From: an uncultured Rhodobiaceae bacterium
GTDB lineage: Bacteria; Pseudomonadota; Alphaproteobacteria; MED-G09
Assembly (NCBI GenBank): GCA_913047775.1
Contig: CAJWUE010000001.1
Span: 15,390-79,389, forward strand
Reading direction: 5' to 3'
DNA: 64,000 nucleotides
Below are positions 10,301-21,051 of the stretch, piece by piece. Every line of letters begins with the position of its first letter. Within the stretch, counting starts at the first letter, position 1. A program made the position numbers and the translations under genes. The notes under the pieces are model-generated. The model had not been told where the DNA came from, ran no database searches, and saw only the letters and a list, made by a program, of their open reading frames with translations.

Positions 10301-11214
10301 GATGCGTCCTTAATTATTAAGTTAACTAAATCAACATAACTAATACCTTGCCTTAAGGCTAATTCTGGAACTAAAGAAGTCTTAGTCATGCCTGGCTGTG
10401 TATTAACTTCAAGAATGTACAAAGATTCTTTTTCATTCAAACTCCTTCCAAATATAAAATCTGCCCTTGTAATACCTCTACATCCAATTAAATTATGGCT
10501 TTTAATAGTCATTTCCCTTGTTTGATTGTAAATCAGTTCAGGAATGGGAGCAGGAATTAGGTGAGTGGAGCCTCCCTCACAATACTTAGAATTATAGTCG
10601 TAGAAGTTGTTTTTCGTTTTTATTTCCATGACCATACTAGGTTTGTTATCTATAACCGCACAAGTAAGTTCCCTTCCTCTAATATATTCTTCAATAATAA
10701 CCTTTTCCCCAAAATCCCAACAACTAAGATCGTTAAGAAAATTAATTCTATCTGATTCACCATGAATTGTGTAAACGCCAAGACTGGAACCTTGGCCGAT
10801 AGGCTTAATTACAACAGGATAATAGAATTCAAAAGTTTCAATCTCTTCTATATCTATTAACTTGAAGTTAGGAGTTAATAATTTATTTCTATTAAAAATA
10901 TTTTTTGAAATAGCTTTATTCATAGCAACTTCTGAAGAATTAATTCCCGAGTGTGTGTAAGGAATATTGTGTTCTTCCAAAATTCTTTGAATTTTTCCGT
11001 CTTCACCACCAGGACCATGAAGAGCGTTGAAACATAAATCCGGTTTTGCGCTTATAATTTTAGTTACGAAATTACCCCTACAATCTAACGATGAAACCTT
11101 ATAGCCTATTTCAGCTAAAGCTTTTTCTATATATTTTCCTGATTCAAGGCTTACCTGCCTTTCGGCTGATTCTCCTCCTTTTAATACTAAAATATGAGAA
11201 CTTTTATCTATCAA
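10288..11214 (-). CDS. ddl: D-alanine--D-alanine ligase
   Basis: ATP-grasp motifs ('HGPGGEDG', 'GSSLGV', 'EVNTQPGMT') and synteny. Confidence 0.9.
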   Translation of the reverse strand: MIDKSSHILVLKGGESAERQVSLESGKYIEKALAEIGYKVSSLDCRGNFVTKIISAKPDLCFNALHGPGGEDGKIQRILEEHNIPYTHSGINSSEVAMNKAISKNIFNRNKLLTPNFKLIDIEEIETFEFYYPVVIKPIGQGSSLGVYTIHGESDRINFLNDLSCWDFGEKVIIEEYIRGRELTCAVIDNKPSMVMEIKTKNNFYDYNSKYCEGGSTHLIPAPIPELIYNQTREMTIKSHNLIGCRGITRADFIFGRSLNEKESLYILEVNTQPGMTKTSLVPELALRQGISYVDLVNLIIKDASCGR

Positions 11215-12133
11215 GATGTTGGCCTACAATTCTTATTTCCCATTCCAAAGTAATCCCCGAACAGGAAAAAACTTTCTCAATAATTGTATTTCCTAAATCC
11301 TCAAAATCTTTTGCTGTTGCTTCTCCATTATTGATTAGGAAATTACAATGTTTTTTCGATACTTCTGCTCCTCCAATTTTTTTCCCCTGCATCCCTGCTT
11401 CTTTTATAAGCTCCCAAGCCTTTTTTTCTGTAGGATTTTTAAAAGTGCTACCTCCGGTCGCATAACCTTTTGGTTGTGATATTTCTCTACCTGAATTAAT
11501 TTTTTCGATTAGTGATCTAATTTTTTCTTTTTTAGAGGGTTGTCCTTGGAAAATTGCTTCTATAAGGATTTTACCCTCTGATAATTTTGTTCCTCTATAT
11601 AAAAAACCTATTTCATTCTTAGTTAATACAGATATTTTACCTTTTCTATCAATAAATTTACCCTCTAAAATAATATCCTTAATCTCTTTTCCATAGCACC
11701 CTGCATTCATTGCAACAGCACCGCCTATACTCCCTGGAATGCTTGATAAAAACTCTAATCCTCCTAACTCGGCACACATTGCTTGATAAGAGAGGTTCTT
11801 ATCAAGTATTCCAGCACCCGCTGAGATCTGATCTCCTTTTAAAAGATTAATTGGCAAGAAATTTGGTGGTATTAAAATTGTTACGCCGGATAAGCCTCCG
11901 TCGCGAATAAGCACATTTGATAATCTACCAAAAACGTTGATATTTATTTTAGGTGAAAGAAATGAAAGAAAATGAGAAAGGTCTTCAAGATTATAAGGGA
12001 TATACAAACACTCTGCAGGCCCGCCAACTTTTAACCAAGACAAGTTTTCTAGAGATTTATTAAATAATATCTTTCCTTTTAACTTCGCAAGGTCATTACC
12101 GCCTGGAAAAAATTTATCCTTTTTTATAGTCAT
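11204..12133 (-). CDS. murB: UDP-N-acetylenolpyruvoylglucosamine reductase
   Basis: FAD-binding MurB-like sequence ('GGPAE', 'GGAVAMNAGCYG') and synteny. Confidence 0.85.
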   Translation of the reverse strand: MTIKKDKFFPGGNDLAKLKGKILFNKSLENLSWLKVGGPAECLYIPYNLEDLSHFLSFLSPKININVFGRLSNVLIRDGGLSGVTILIPPNFLPINLLKGDQISAGAGILDKNLSYQAMCAELGGLEFLSSIPGSIGGAVAMNAGCYGKEIKDIILEGKFIDRKGKISVLTKNEIGFLYRGTKLSEGKILIEAIFQGQPSKKEKIRSLIEKINSGREISQPKGYATGGSTFKNPTEKKAWELIKEAGMQGKKIGGAEVSKKHCNFLINNGEATAKDFEDLGNTIIEKVFSCSGITLEWEIRIVGQHLDR

Positions 12134-13533
12134 TTATTTAACCCGGTATATTTACTTACAAACTCATGTGCCATTTTTGAAATATTGCCAGCACCCATAA
12201 AAACCACTAGATCTTTTTTTCTTAAGTTATTGATTAAAAAATTTTCTAATTCTTCCGCATTCTGGCAGTAATAAATGTTCTTCTTTCCATTTTTTTTAAT
12301 TGATTCTGCCAAATATTTAGAATTATATCTGCCAATGGTTTTTTCTCCAGCTGCATAGACTGGTAAAAATAAAGTAATGTTTGACTTATCAAAACTATTG
12401 CAAAACTGGGTAAATGTATTTTTTAATCTTGAATAACGATGAGGTTGTACAATTGATATAATCCTCTTTTTTTTCAAAATTTTTAACGCTGAAAGTGTCG
12501 CTTTTATTTCCGTAGGGTGATGAGCATAATCATCATAAAAAGATACACCGTTCACATTATTGATAAAACTCAAACGTCTTTTAACGCCTTTAAAGTTCTT
12601 AAGCCCTATCTTAATATTCTGAAAGTCAACACCGAGATTACTGGTAACAGTAATAGCTGATAAAGCATTGTTAATATTATGTTTCCCGTGGATCGGTACA
12701 AAAAAATTTTTCACTTCTCTTTTAGAAGTATTATTATATTTTAATTGAATATCGAATTTTGTACCGGATTTGGTATTTCGAATATTTTTTGCCATGATAT
12801 TAGCTTTTTTGTCATGTCCATAAAAAAATACCTTTGATACCTTTGACTTTTTTGCAAGCTTGTAGGCTCTTTGATCATCAGAACAAACAGCAACAAAACC
12901 AAAAATAGAAATATTATTTATATATTTTTCGAATGCCAAATTCAAAGACTTCATATTCCCATAGAAATCCAAATGCTCATTATCAATAGATGTAATAACT
13001 CCACAAAAAGAAGGAAGTTCTATAAAACTTCCATCGGACTCATCTGTTTCAACAATCATCCATTCATCTGAACCTAGTTTTGTGTTTGATCCAAATGAAT
13101 TGATTATTCCTCCGTTTATCACCGTGGGGTCAAAATGTGATGAATAAAATATGTCTGATATTATTGACGTAGTAGAAGTTTTTCCATGACTTCCTGCAAT
13201 AGTAATTGTCTTTTTCATTCTCATTAACTCAGCTAACATTTTTGAACGACTTATTACAGGAATAGCTAAATCATTTGCAGAAATTATTTCAGAATTTCTT
13301 TTCGAAACAGCAGAGGAATAGACTAATAATGATGAACCCTTGACGTTAGAAGGATCGTGACCAATATAAACATTGATACCAATTTTTCTTAATCTTCTTA
13401 CATTGGAACTTTCATTTAAATCCGAACCGTAAACTTTGTATCCAAGGTTATGAAGAATTTCGGCAATACCACTCATCCCAATACCACCTATTCCTACCAA
13501 AAAAATCTTATCGTTCTTCTTGATTATTTCCAC
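12130..13533 (-). CDS. murC: UDP-N-acetylmuramate--L-alanine ligase
   Basis: Mur ligase motifs 'GIGGIGMSGIA' and 'GSHGKTSTTS'. Confidence 0.9.
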   Translation of the reverse strand: MEIIKKNDKIFLVGIGGIGMSGIAEILHNLGYKVYGSDLNESSNVRRLRKIGINVYIGHDPSNVKGSSLLVYSSAVSKRNSEIISANDLAIPVISRSKMLAELMRMKKTITIAGSHGKTSTTSIISDIFYSSHFDPTVINGGIINSFGSNTKLGSDEWMIVETDESDGSFIELPSFCGVITSIDNEHLDFYGNMKSLNLAFEKYINNISIFGFVAVCSDDQRAYKLAKKSKVSKVFFYGHDKKANIMAKNIRNTKSGTKFDIQLKYNNTSKREVKNFFVPIHGKHNINNALSAITVTSNLGVDFQNIKIGLKNFKGVKRRLSFINNVNGVSFYDDYAHHPTEIKATLSALKILKKKRIISIVQPHRYSRLKNTFTQFCNSFDKSNITLFLPVYAAGEKTIGRYNSKYLAESIKKNGKKNIYYCQNAEELENFLINNLRKKDLVVFMGAGNISKMAHEFVSKYTGLNK

Positions 13534-14642
13534 ACTAATTTTCCAGTTAAGAGATTTTCTATAAAATCGACTATATTTTTAGATCCACCCCCTTTAGAAG
13601 CAGCTTTAGCATTATTAGCTATCTTTAATAACTCTGATGGAGAGGAAATTAGGTCAAAAATCTTATCTGATAAAATTTCTTCGTTAATATCCGACTGATG
13701 ATAGACAATGGCCCCATTTAATGAATCCAAAACTTTTGCATTATACTCCTGATCTCCATCAATTGAAGATGGTAAAGGTATTAATATTCCAGGCCTTCCT
13801 AACAACGATAGTTCGCTTATTGTAGAGGCTCCTGATCTTGATATAACCAAGTGAGAATTTCTTAATCTTTTTGGTAGATCATAAAAAAAATCATTCACTT
13901 CGGCCTTAATACCAATAGAAATATATAAATCCTTAACAGAATTTATTTCTTCAGTTCTGGATTGATGCATAATATTAAGCTTTTTTCTATAATTGTCGGG
14001 TAACTTACTTAAGGCTCTGGGAATTAATTTTGAAAAAAAACTAGCTCCCTGGCTTCCACCAAAGACTAAAATATTAAATATTTTACCATTATAAGCTATG
14101 TAGGGGTTAATCTCATTAGTGACTTCATCTCTTATTGGATTGCCCGAAAAACAAGATTTCTTTTTTACCTTTTCTGGGAGGTTATATATGTCTTTAAATC
14201 CTTTTGTCAGTCCGTTGGTAAAATTAGAAAGGAATAAATTGGCCCTACCCATAATAGAGTTTTGCTCGTGAATTATAATTTTTAGACCACAAATTTTTGC
14301 CGCTAAAAGAGGTGGAACTGTTGGGTATCCACCAAAACCTACCGCTAAAGAAGGTTTATAATATGTTATCCAGTAAATAGATATTACTAATCCATAAAGA
14401 AGTTTTATCAAAATATATGGCCAATAAATTATATTCTTTTTACTAAAGGTAGCTGATAAAATAAATTTAGTTTGATCAACAAAAAAATTATCTAGTAACC
14501 CTTCTATACGGCGATCAGTAAAAAGAATAACCTTATACCCTCTTCTCTTTAATTCTTCTGATGTCCCTTTTGCAGAGTAAAGATGGCCACCCGTACCTCC
14601 AGCAGCTAACAAAACACATTTATCTTTGGCCTTTACATGCAT
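13524..14642 (-). CDS. murG: UDP-GlcNAc:lipid I N-acetylglucosaminyltransferase (undecaprenyldiphospho-muramoylpentapeptide beta-N-acetylglucosaminyltransferase)
   Basis: 'AAGGTGGHLY' N-terminal motif, GT28 family, synteny. Confidence 0.9.
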   Translation of the reverse strand: MHVKAKDKCVLLAAGGTGGHLYSAKGTSEELKRRGYKVILFTDRRIEGLLDNFFVDQTKFILSATFSKKNIIYWPYILIKLLYGLVISIYWITYYKPSLAVGFGGYPTVPPLLAAKICGLKIIIHEQNSIMGRANLFLSNFTNGLTKGFKDIYNLPEKVKKKSCFSGNPIRDEVTNEINPYIAYNGKIFNILVFGGSQGASFFSKLIPRALSKLPDNYRKKLNIMHQSRTEEINSVKDLYISIGIKAEVNDFFYDLPKRLRNSHLVISRSGASTISELSLLGRPGILIPLPSSIDGDQEYNAKVLDSLNGAIVYHQSDINEEILSDKIFDLISSPSELLKIANNAKAASKGGGSKNIVDFIENLLTGKLVWK

Positions 14643-14645
14643 GGA

Positions 14646-15821
14646 TCAAACCATAGTTTCATATTTAATAAGGTCTTTAGATTTGCTTATTGAAGGAGAG
14701 GTTTTTCTAGTTATAGCCAGAAACATACCCATAGTAATACCCATTGAAACCATTGAAGAACCTCCATACGAGATAAAAGGTAAAGTCATCCCTTTAGCAG
14801 GAACAAGACTCAAATTTACTGCTATATGGATTAAAGTCTGAAGCCCAAAAAGCAATAGTAAGCCTGCAGATGCAAGTTGTTTGAAATAATTATGTTGGAT
14901 TAATACCTTAGAAAACCCTCGAAAAACTAATGCGCAATAAAGTATCATTATTGGCAAAGTAACAATTAGTCCATTTTCTTCGGCAATGGCTGCAAAAATG
15001 AAATCTGTATAGGCATCGGGAAGATCATATTTAACCCAACTTTCACCTATACCTTTCCCAAATATTTTTCCATTCTCAATGGCATCAATAGCAGCTTGTG
15101 TTTGAGTTAATTTACTATCAACTTTTCCTGACCCAAACCATATTTCTAACCAACTATCAACTCTTAGAGCAAAGTGAGAAAAATTTAGATAAAAGATTAC
15201 GAAAGAAAAAAGGCCTAAAACAAATATTGGAGCTATGATTGTCCAAGATAGGCCTTGAAGAAAAATAATTCCGAGTAAAGTCAAAAACAGAAGGATTGTT
15301 TGGCCAAGATCAGGTTGAGATAACAATAATAATGATATTATTAAGAATAAAATTATAGGTAACCACCACAACATTTTATCTTTTTCAATTTTTGCTCTGG
15401 TATAAAACCATGCTGAAAGAACTACAAATGCAGGTTTTAAAAACTCTGAAGGCTGAACAGTTGTATATCCCCATAACGACAACCATCTAGAAGATCCGCC
15501 ACTATTAACGCCTATAAATAATGTCAATAAAAGCCCTAAAATTCCAAAAAAGAACATAATTAATGATAATTTTCTTGTAAAACTTTCTGAAAGAATTGAA
15601 ACCAAAAACATTAAAGATAAAGAAACAAAAAGATAAATTGTCTGTCTCATCAAAAAATAATATTTATCGGTATTAAGATCATCCGCTTCGACAGGGCTAA
15701 TGGCTAAAGAAAAATACAGTCCTATCATGCCAAGAAAAATGACTCCAAAAAGAAACAATCTATCTACAGTAAACCACCATTCACCGATCAAGCCACTATT
15801 AGTTCTGGATATTCTTAACAT
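14646..15821 (-). CDS. ftsW: Peptidoglycan glycosyltransferase FtsW (SEDS family)
   Basis: Polytopic membrane protein, SEDS-like, located between murD and murG. Confidence 0.85.
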   Translation of the reverse strand: MLRISRTNSGLIGEWWFTVDRLFLFGVIFLGMIGLYFSLAISPVEADDLNTDKYYFLMRQTIYLFVSLSLMFLVSILSESFTRKLSLIMFFFGILGLLLTLFIGVNSGGSSRWLSLWGYTTVQPSEFLKPAFVVLSAWFYTRAKIEKDKMLWWLPIILFLIISLLLLSQPDLGQTILLFLTLLGIIFLQGLSWTIIAPIFVLGLFSFVIFYLNFSHFALRVDSWLEIWFGSGKVDSKLTQTQAAIDAIENGKIFGKGIGESWVKYDLPDAYTDFIFAAIAEENGLIVTLPIMILYCALVFRGFSKVLIQHNYFKQLASAGLLLLFGLQTLIHIAVNLSLVPAKGMTLPFISYGGSSMVSMGITMGMFLAITRKTSPSISKSKDLIKYETMV

Positions 15822-17122
15822 TTTGACACCAAAGATAAAACTGCCTCACTAAAAACCTCTCCCCTATGAATATAATCATGAAACTCATCTTGAGAACTAC
15901 AGCCAGGAGATAACAACACACATCCACAACCAAATTTTTTTGCACTTTTAAAAGCTGATTGAGTAGCCTTTTCAATATTTTCAGAAATCTCATAATCTAC
16001 ATTTTTTGGGACAATTTCTGATAAAATTTTTGAAGAGCTTCCAATAAAAAAAGCCTTCCTAATATTTTTAGATCTAAAATTGATTTTCGATAAATTATTT
16101 TCTTTGGATAAACCCCCAACAATCAGAAAAATATTTTCGTAATTTCTTAAAGCAAAATTTGTTGCCTCAGGATTAGTTGACTTTGAATCGTTTACAAATT
16201 TAATGTTATTCTTTTCTAGAATTTTAATATGCCTATGCTCTAGATCTTTAAAAGAATTAAAACCCAAAAGAACTCGATTTCTCTTTATTCCAAATTCATT
16301 AGTTATTGATTTTACTACAGGATATAATTCGCTTATTAGGACTTTAAAAGAATTTTTTTTGAGATTATATTTTATTTCCGAATCTTCGATAATTATCTTC
16401 CGGGATGGTATATTAATTTTATTTATTAAATCACGGTAACTATCAATACTGTTTAGGATTGCTATATCTTTTTCTTTCTGATTCTTAAAAATTTCAAATT
16501 TTGTTTTTCTATAAAATTCATGCGAAGGATACCTATCCATATGATCCTCAGAAATATTTAATAGAACCGCAATATCGGGTCTAAATTTTTTAATAGATTC
16601 TAATTGGAAAGATGAAATTTCAATTATATATACAGTTTCATGTGTTCCAGGATTAATTGAAAGGATTGGTTTCCCAATATTTCCTGCTAACCTTGTCTCA
16701 AAACCTTCATTTATAAGTATTTCATTTAGCAGAGTGGCTGTTGATGATTTTCCATTCGTTCCGGTAATTGCAATAACCTTACCATAGGGAAATTCTGTTC
16801 CGTGGGCTTTGTGAAATAACTCTATATCTCCATAAATGGGTATTTTATTTTCGATACAAATTTTTATTGCTTCTGGAGTTTTACCATATCTTAATGGGAC
16901 TCCGGGAGAAGGTATTAAAGCATACAAATCATTCCAAACCCAATTCGTAGGCTCTGTAAGCTTAAGACCTTTTGAAACAAGTTTTTCCCTTAAGGTTTGA
17001 TCATCATCCCATAGAAACAAATTTGCCCCACTTTGGCTTAAAGATTCATAGACTGCTAGACCAGTTTTTTGTAATCCATAAATAGCTACATTTTTTGAAT
17101 CGAATTCATTCAATATTATCAT
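15815..17122 (-). CDS. murD: UDP-N-acetylmuramoylalanine--D-glutamate ligase. The ORF track extends to 17182, but the true start is probably Met21 at about 17122, giving an ATGA overlap with the mraY stop.
   Basis: 'KNVAIYGLQKTG' and 'GTNGKSSTATL'. The 58-nt overlap with mraY implied by the longer ORF is implausible. Confidence 0.9.
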   Translation of the reverse strand: MIILNEFDSKNVAIYGLQKTGLAVYESLSQSGANLFLWDDDQTLREKLVSKGLKLTEPTNWVWNDLYALIPSPGVPLRYGKTPEAIKICIENKIPIYGDIELFHKAHGTEFPYGKVIAITGTNGKSSTATLLNEILINEGFETRLAGNIGKPILSINPGTHETVYIIEISSFQLESIKKFRPDIAVLLNISEDHMDRYPSHEFYRKTKFEIFKNQKEKDIAILNSIDSYRDLINKINIPSRKIIIEDSEIKYNLKKNSFKVLISELYPVVKSITNEFGIKRNRVLLGFNSFKDLEHRHIKILEKNNIKFVNDSKSTNPEATNFALRNYENIFLIVGGLSKENNLSKINFRSKNIRKAFFIGSSSKILSEIVPKNVDYEISENIEKATQSAFKSAKKFGCGCVLLSPGCSSQDEFHDYIHRGEVFSEAVLSLVSKC

Positions 17123-17124
17123 GC

Positions 17125-18213
17125 TTATCTCAACTTCAAGGTTGAAAGACCTATTAAGGCTAATATAAAAGCTATTATCCAAAAGCGGATAACTATTGTT
17201 GGCTCAGACCAACCTTTCTGCTCGAAATGGTGGTGTAGTGGAGCCATCATAAAAATTCTTCTACCAAATAGCCTAAATGAAATAACCTGAATAATGACAG
17301 AAAGTGCTTCAAAAACAAATAACCCGCCTATTATAAAGAGTACCAATTCATGCTTAGTAGCTATCGAAACTGATCCTAATAAAGCTCCTAGGGACAAGGA
17401 CCCTGTATCACCCATAAATATCATCGCCGGCGGAGCATTAAACCATAAAAAACCAAGCCCTGATCCCAATAAAGCACAACACAATATAGCTAATTCGCCA
17501 GTATTAGGTATATGAATAAGTCCTAGATATTGTGAAAATATAATATTTCCAGATAAGTAGGCAATTAAAGCAAAACTAGCAACGGCAATCATTACAGGAA
17601 CAATTGCGAGCCCATCTAGCCCATCCGTTAAGTTTACAGCATTAGATGACCCAATAAGCACACAACTTGAAAAAATATAAAAGATTAAAAAACCACTTAA
17701 TATAGGTCCATCAATAAAGGGAGAAAAAATAGAAAATCTTATATTTTGAGGTAATGTTACAGAAAATAAATATAAGATAATTAAAGAAAGAAGAATTTGA
17801 AAAAATATCTTTTTTCGCCAAGAAATTCCAGAAGAACTTTGTTCAATAATTTTTTTATAATCATCAACGAAACCAATTAACCCAAAACCTAAGACAGAAA
17901 TTAAGACTATCCATATATAATTATTAAATACATCAGCCCATAAAACGGTACTTAATACCAATGCGACAAGTATTAGTATCCCTCCCATTGAAGGTGTTCC
18001 TCTTTTTGAGATTAAATGAGAGGGAGGACCATCGGATCTAATCGGCTGTCCTTCTCTTTGTTTTAATTTCATAAACCTGACAAATTTTGGTCCGATTAAT
18101 AAAACTATTAGAAAAGATGTAATAATTGAACAACCTGCTCTAAAAGTTAAATAATTGAATAACCCTGACCCTGGAAAACTGAGGTCAAATGAATTTAAAA
18201 GATAAATAATCAT
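17125..18213 (-). CDS. mraY: Phospho-N-acetylmuramoyl-pentapeptide transferase
   Basis: Polytopic membrane protein with 'NAVNLTDGLDGLA' and the 'HHHFE' motif. Confidence 0.9.
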   Translation of the reverse strand: MIIYLLNSFDLSFPGSGLFNYLTFRAGCSIITSFLIVLLIGPKFVRFMKLKQREGQPIRSDGPPSHLISKRGTPSMGGILILVALVLSTVLWADVFNNYIWIVLISVLGFGLIGFVDDYKKIIEQSSSGISWRKKIFFQILLSLIILYLFSVTLPQNIRFSIFSPFIDGPILSGFLIFYIFSSCVLIGSSNAVNLTDGLDGLAIVPVMIAVASFALIAYLSGNIIFSQYLGLIHIPNTGELAILCCALLGSGLGFLWFNAPPAMIFMGDTGSLSLGALLGSVSIATKHELVLFIIGGLFVFEALSVIIQVISFRLFGRRIFMMAPLHHHFEQKGWSEPTIVIRFWIIAFILALIGLSTLKLR

Positions 18214-19616
18214 TAAGCAATTTTCCGAACCGGAAAATGAGAAAGTAAATTTTTGGCAATCTTATGTACATTACTAGAAGAAGATCCTTTTAAGAGAAGC
18301 AAATCTTCGTCACGTATTAATTCTCCTAAATCTTCAATAAGGCTATCAGCTTCAGAATAATAAGAACCTTTTTTCTCTTCAATTATTTTTTCCCAAGTAT
18401 ATTTGATTTCCTTTCCACAGGCTAAAACATAATCAATAGATGAATTATTTATTTCTGAAGCAAGATTTTCATGGGCTTTTTGCGTTAATGTTCCTAATTC
18501 TAACATATCTCCGACGATCAAAACCTTCCGTTTAAAATCAAGATTATTAATTGAAGAGAAAGTTTGTATTGCAGCTGACATTGAATCCGGATTACTATTG
18601 TAGCTTTCGTCTATGATGGTAATTTTCTTGCCATAATATTCGCATATGTATCTTTTTCCTCTCCCCTCAATAAGCTCAAAACTCCCCATCTTCTTTAGAA
18701 AATTTTTAGGATTATTTCCTAGTGATATACAAACTGAAGCTGCGGCTAAGCAATTCAAAGCCATATGCTTACCGATGAAAGGTAAATAAAAATTCATATT
18801 CTGATCTTTGTATTTTGCATTTATCCGGCATTTATCGTTATTAAACTCATAATTAGAAAGTGAGAAATCTGCTTCTTTATTTTTTCCGAAGGTTAGGAAA
18901 TCAATTTCCTTGTTCAGGCTCTCAAAATTGAAAGAAGGACTGGTAATTAAATCATAATTATAAATTAAATGTCCTTGATTTAATAATCCATCAGTTATAG
19001 AGGCCTTTTCTTTTTTTATCTCCTCTATGCTTTTGAAAAACTCAAAATGAGCTGTACCGACATTATTAATAACTGCAATATTGGGTTTAGTTATGTTAGA
19101 TAAGTTACTTATTTCTCCCATACGATTCATACCAATTTCAATAATAACGTATTGAGCATCTAAAGGAATTCTGGTGAGTGATAAAGGTACACCAATATGA
19201 TTATTGTATGAACTATGGGAAGAATAAACTTTACCATACTCACTTAAACCAAAGGCTATCATTTCCTTTAAAGTGGTCTTACCACTACTTCCTGTTACGG
19301 CTATAACCATAGCTTTAGTTCTATTTCTAGCATAGATACCTAGATTGGTAAGAGCCATTAGGACATCATCAACAAAAATTATCTTTTCATATGAAAATTT
19401 AGATGGTGCATTGGAAATAACCACCTCAGCGCCTCTATCTAATGCTTCAGGAATAAAATCATGACCGTCATAATTCTTTCCATACAAAGCAAAAAATATA
19501 TCTCCGGGATTCAATGTTCTGGAATCGATAGAAACTCCCGATGCATTCCAATTATCAGAACCATGTCCTTTTATTACACTTAAAACTTCTTTTCCGTTCC
19601 ACAATGATTCTTTCAT
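18213..19616 (-). CDS. murF: UDP-MurNAc-tripeptide--D-alanyl-D-alanine ligase
   Basis: Mur ligase 'GSSGKTT' and synteny between mraY and murE. Confidence 0.85.
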   Translation of the reverse strand: MKESLWNGKEVLSVIKGHGSDNWNASGVSIDSRTLNPGDIFFALYGKNYDGHDFIPEALDRGAEVVISNAPSKFSYEKIIFVDDVLMALTNLGIYARNRTKAMVIAVTGSSGKTTLKEMIAFGLSEYGKVYSSHSSYNNHIGVPLSLTRIPLDAQYVIIEIGMNRMGEISNLSNITKPNIAVINNVGTAHFEFFKSIEEIKKEKASITDGLLNQGHLIYNYDLITSPSFNFESLNKEIDFLTFGKNKEADFSLSNYEFNNDKCRINAKYKDQNMNFYLPFIGKHMALNCLAAASVCISLGNNPKNFLKKMGSFELIEGRGKRYICEYYGKKITIIDESYNSNPDSMSAAIQTFSSINNLDFKRKVLIVGDMLELGTLTQKAHENLASEINNSSIDYVLACGKEIKYTWEKIIEEKKGSYYSEADSLIEDLGELIRDEDLLLLKGSSSSNVHKIAKNLLSHFPVRKIA

Positions 19617-19617
19617 C

Positions 19618-21051
19618 TTATTTTCCTAGAATATTTCTAACAGTTTCTTGATCTGAAAAAGGTATTGTATCTTGACCTATGACTTGATATTTTTCGTGCC
19701 CTTTGCCGGCAATAATTATAGAGTCTCCTTTTTTTCCAGTCTCAATTCCCTTTTTTATTGCTTCCGCTCTATCAGAAATCTCTAAAGCATCATTACAATT
19801 ATTAATAATTTGACTTCTAATTTCTTCCGGATCTTCATTTCTTGGATTATCATCTGTAACTATTACAAAATCCGCATATTCTGAGGCTATTCCACCCATA
19901 ACTGACCTTTTAAGTTTATCTCTCTCACCTCCACATCCAAAAACCAGAATTATATTATTCTCGGTAAGTTCCCTTAATGAAAAAATTGCGGCCGTTAGAG
20001 CTGCAGGGGTATGTGCATAATCAACATATATTTTGGCTCCTTTGATATTTTTTCCACAGTACTCTAACCTTCCCGAAATTGGTTTAAGGTGTTGCATATT
20101 TTCAAAAACTCTTTCAGAAGGCTCGCCTGAAGCTATAGCTAAACCAACAGCACAAAGTATGTTCATCGCTTGAAAATATCCCTCTACTTTTAAGGGAATA
20201 GAAAATTGCCTTCCGCTGTACTGAAAAATAATATCCATTCCGTTCTCAGAAGGAGTAACTCTTCTTAAATTAAACGAATTAGCTGATTCTCCTATCTCTA
20301 TCACTCCTCGTCCTGATTTCTTTACAATTGAGGATAATTCTCTTCCTGCTTCTGTATCGACGCATATAACCGCATAATTTTCTTTAGGAAGGATTTCAGT
20401 AAAGAGCCGCTTTTTGGCTATAAAATAGTCTTCCATATTTTTATGATAATCCAAGTGATCCTGACTAATGTTAGTAAAGCCTGCTGCCCTGACCTTAACA
20501 CCATCAATTCTATGTTGTGCGAGTCCATGACTAGAAGCCTCTAGAACCAAATGCGAGACTCCTGAATTATGAAGATCAGAAAGAGTTCTATGTAAAGCTA
20601 CAGGGTCAGGGGTAGTATTATTAATATCTTTTATTTCTTCATTATTAATTACCCCTAGAGTCCCTATACTTGAAGAATTTTTGTTAAGTAGCTGCCATAA
20701 TTGATGAAGAAAGTTAGTGGTTGAGGTTTTACCATTCGTTCCTGTCACTGCACAAATAATTTCAGGATATTTAGGGTATATTAAGGCAGAAATTTCGGAC
20801 AAACGTTTTCTCGGATTATTATCTTTTATGAGAGCAATCTTCTCATCAAAATGTCCCTTAAAGCTTGATGATGCTACTATTGCCTTTGCGCCTTTTTCTA
20901 TAGCTTCAGGAATATAGTTTTCCCCTCTATCAACCTCCCCGTTTATTGCTACAAAAATAAAACCATCTTTAACCTCCCTACTATCACAGGTAACGCCCGT
21001 AATATTGAGATCCGTTTTTTGTTTTTCATCTATTTTTTGAATGTTAATCAT
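19618..21051 (-). CDS. murE: UDP-MurNAc-L-Ala-D-Glu--2,6-diaminopimelate ligase
   Basis: 'GTNGKTSTT' and the 'DNPRNE' DAP-specificity motif. Confidence 0.9.
   Translation of the reverse strand: MINIQKIDEKQKTDLNITGVTCDSREVKDGFIFVAINGEVDRGENYIPEAIEKGAKAIVASSSFKGHFDEKIALIKDNNPRKRLSEISALIYPKYPEIICAVTGTNGKTSTTNFLHQLWQLLNKNSSSIGTLGVINNEEIKDINNTTPDPVALHRTLSDLHNSGVSHLVLEASSHGLAQHRIDGVKVRAAGFTNISQDHLDYHKNMEDYFIAKKRLFTEILPKENYAVICVDTEAGRELSSIVKKSGRGVIEIGESANSFNLRRVTPSENGMDIIFQYSGRQFSIPLKVEGYFQAMNILCAVGLAIASGEPSERVFENMQHLKPISGRLEYCGKNIKGAKIYVDYAHTPAALTAAIFSLRELTENNIILVFGCGGERDKLKRSVMGGIASEYADFVIVTDDNPRNEDPEEIRSQIINNCNDALEISDRAEAIKKGIETGKKGDSIIIAGKGHEKYQVIGQDTIPFSDQETVRNILGK

Noticed and set aside
17125-17182. 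A genuine 58-nt murD/mraY coding overlap
   Set aside because: MurD homology begins at Met21 ('MIILNEFDSKNVAIYGL...'), and the upstream 20 codons are probably non-coding read-through of the ORF finder.
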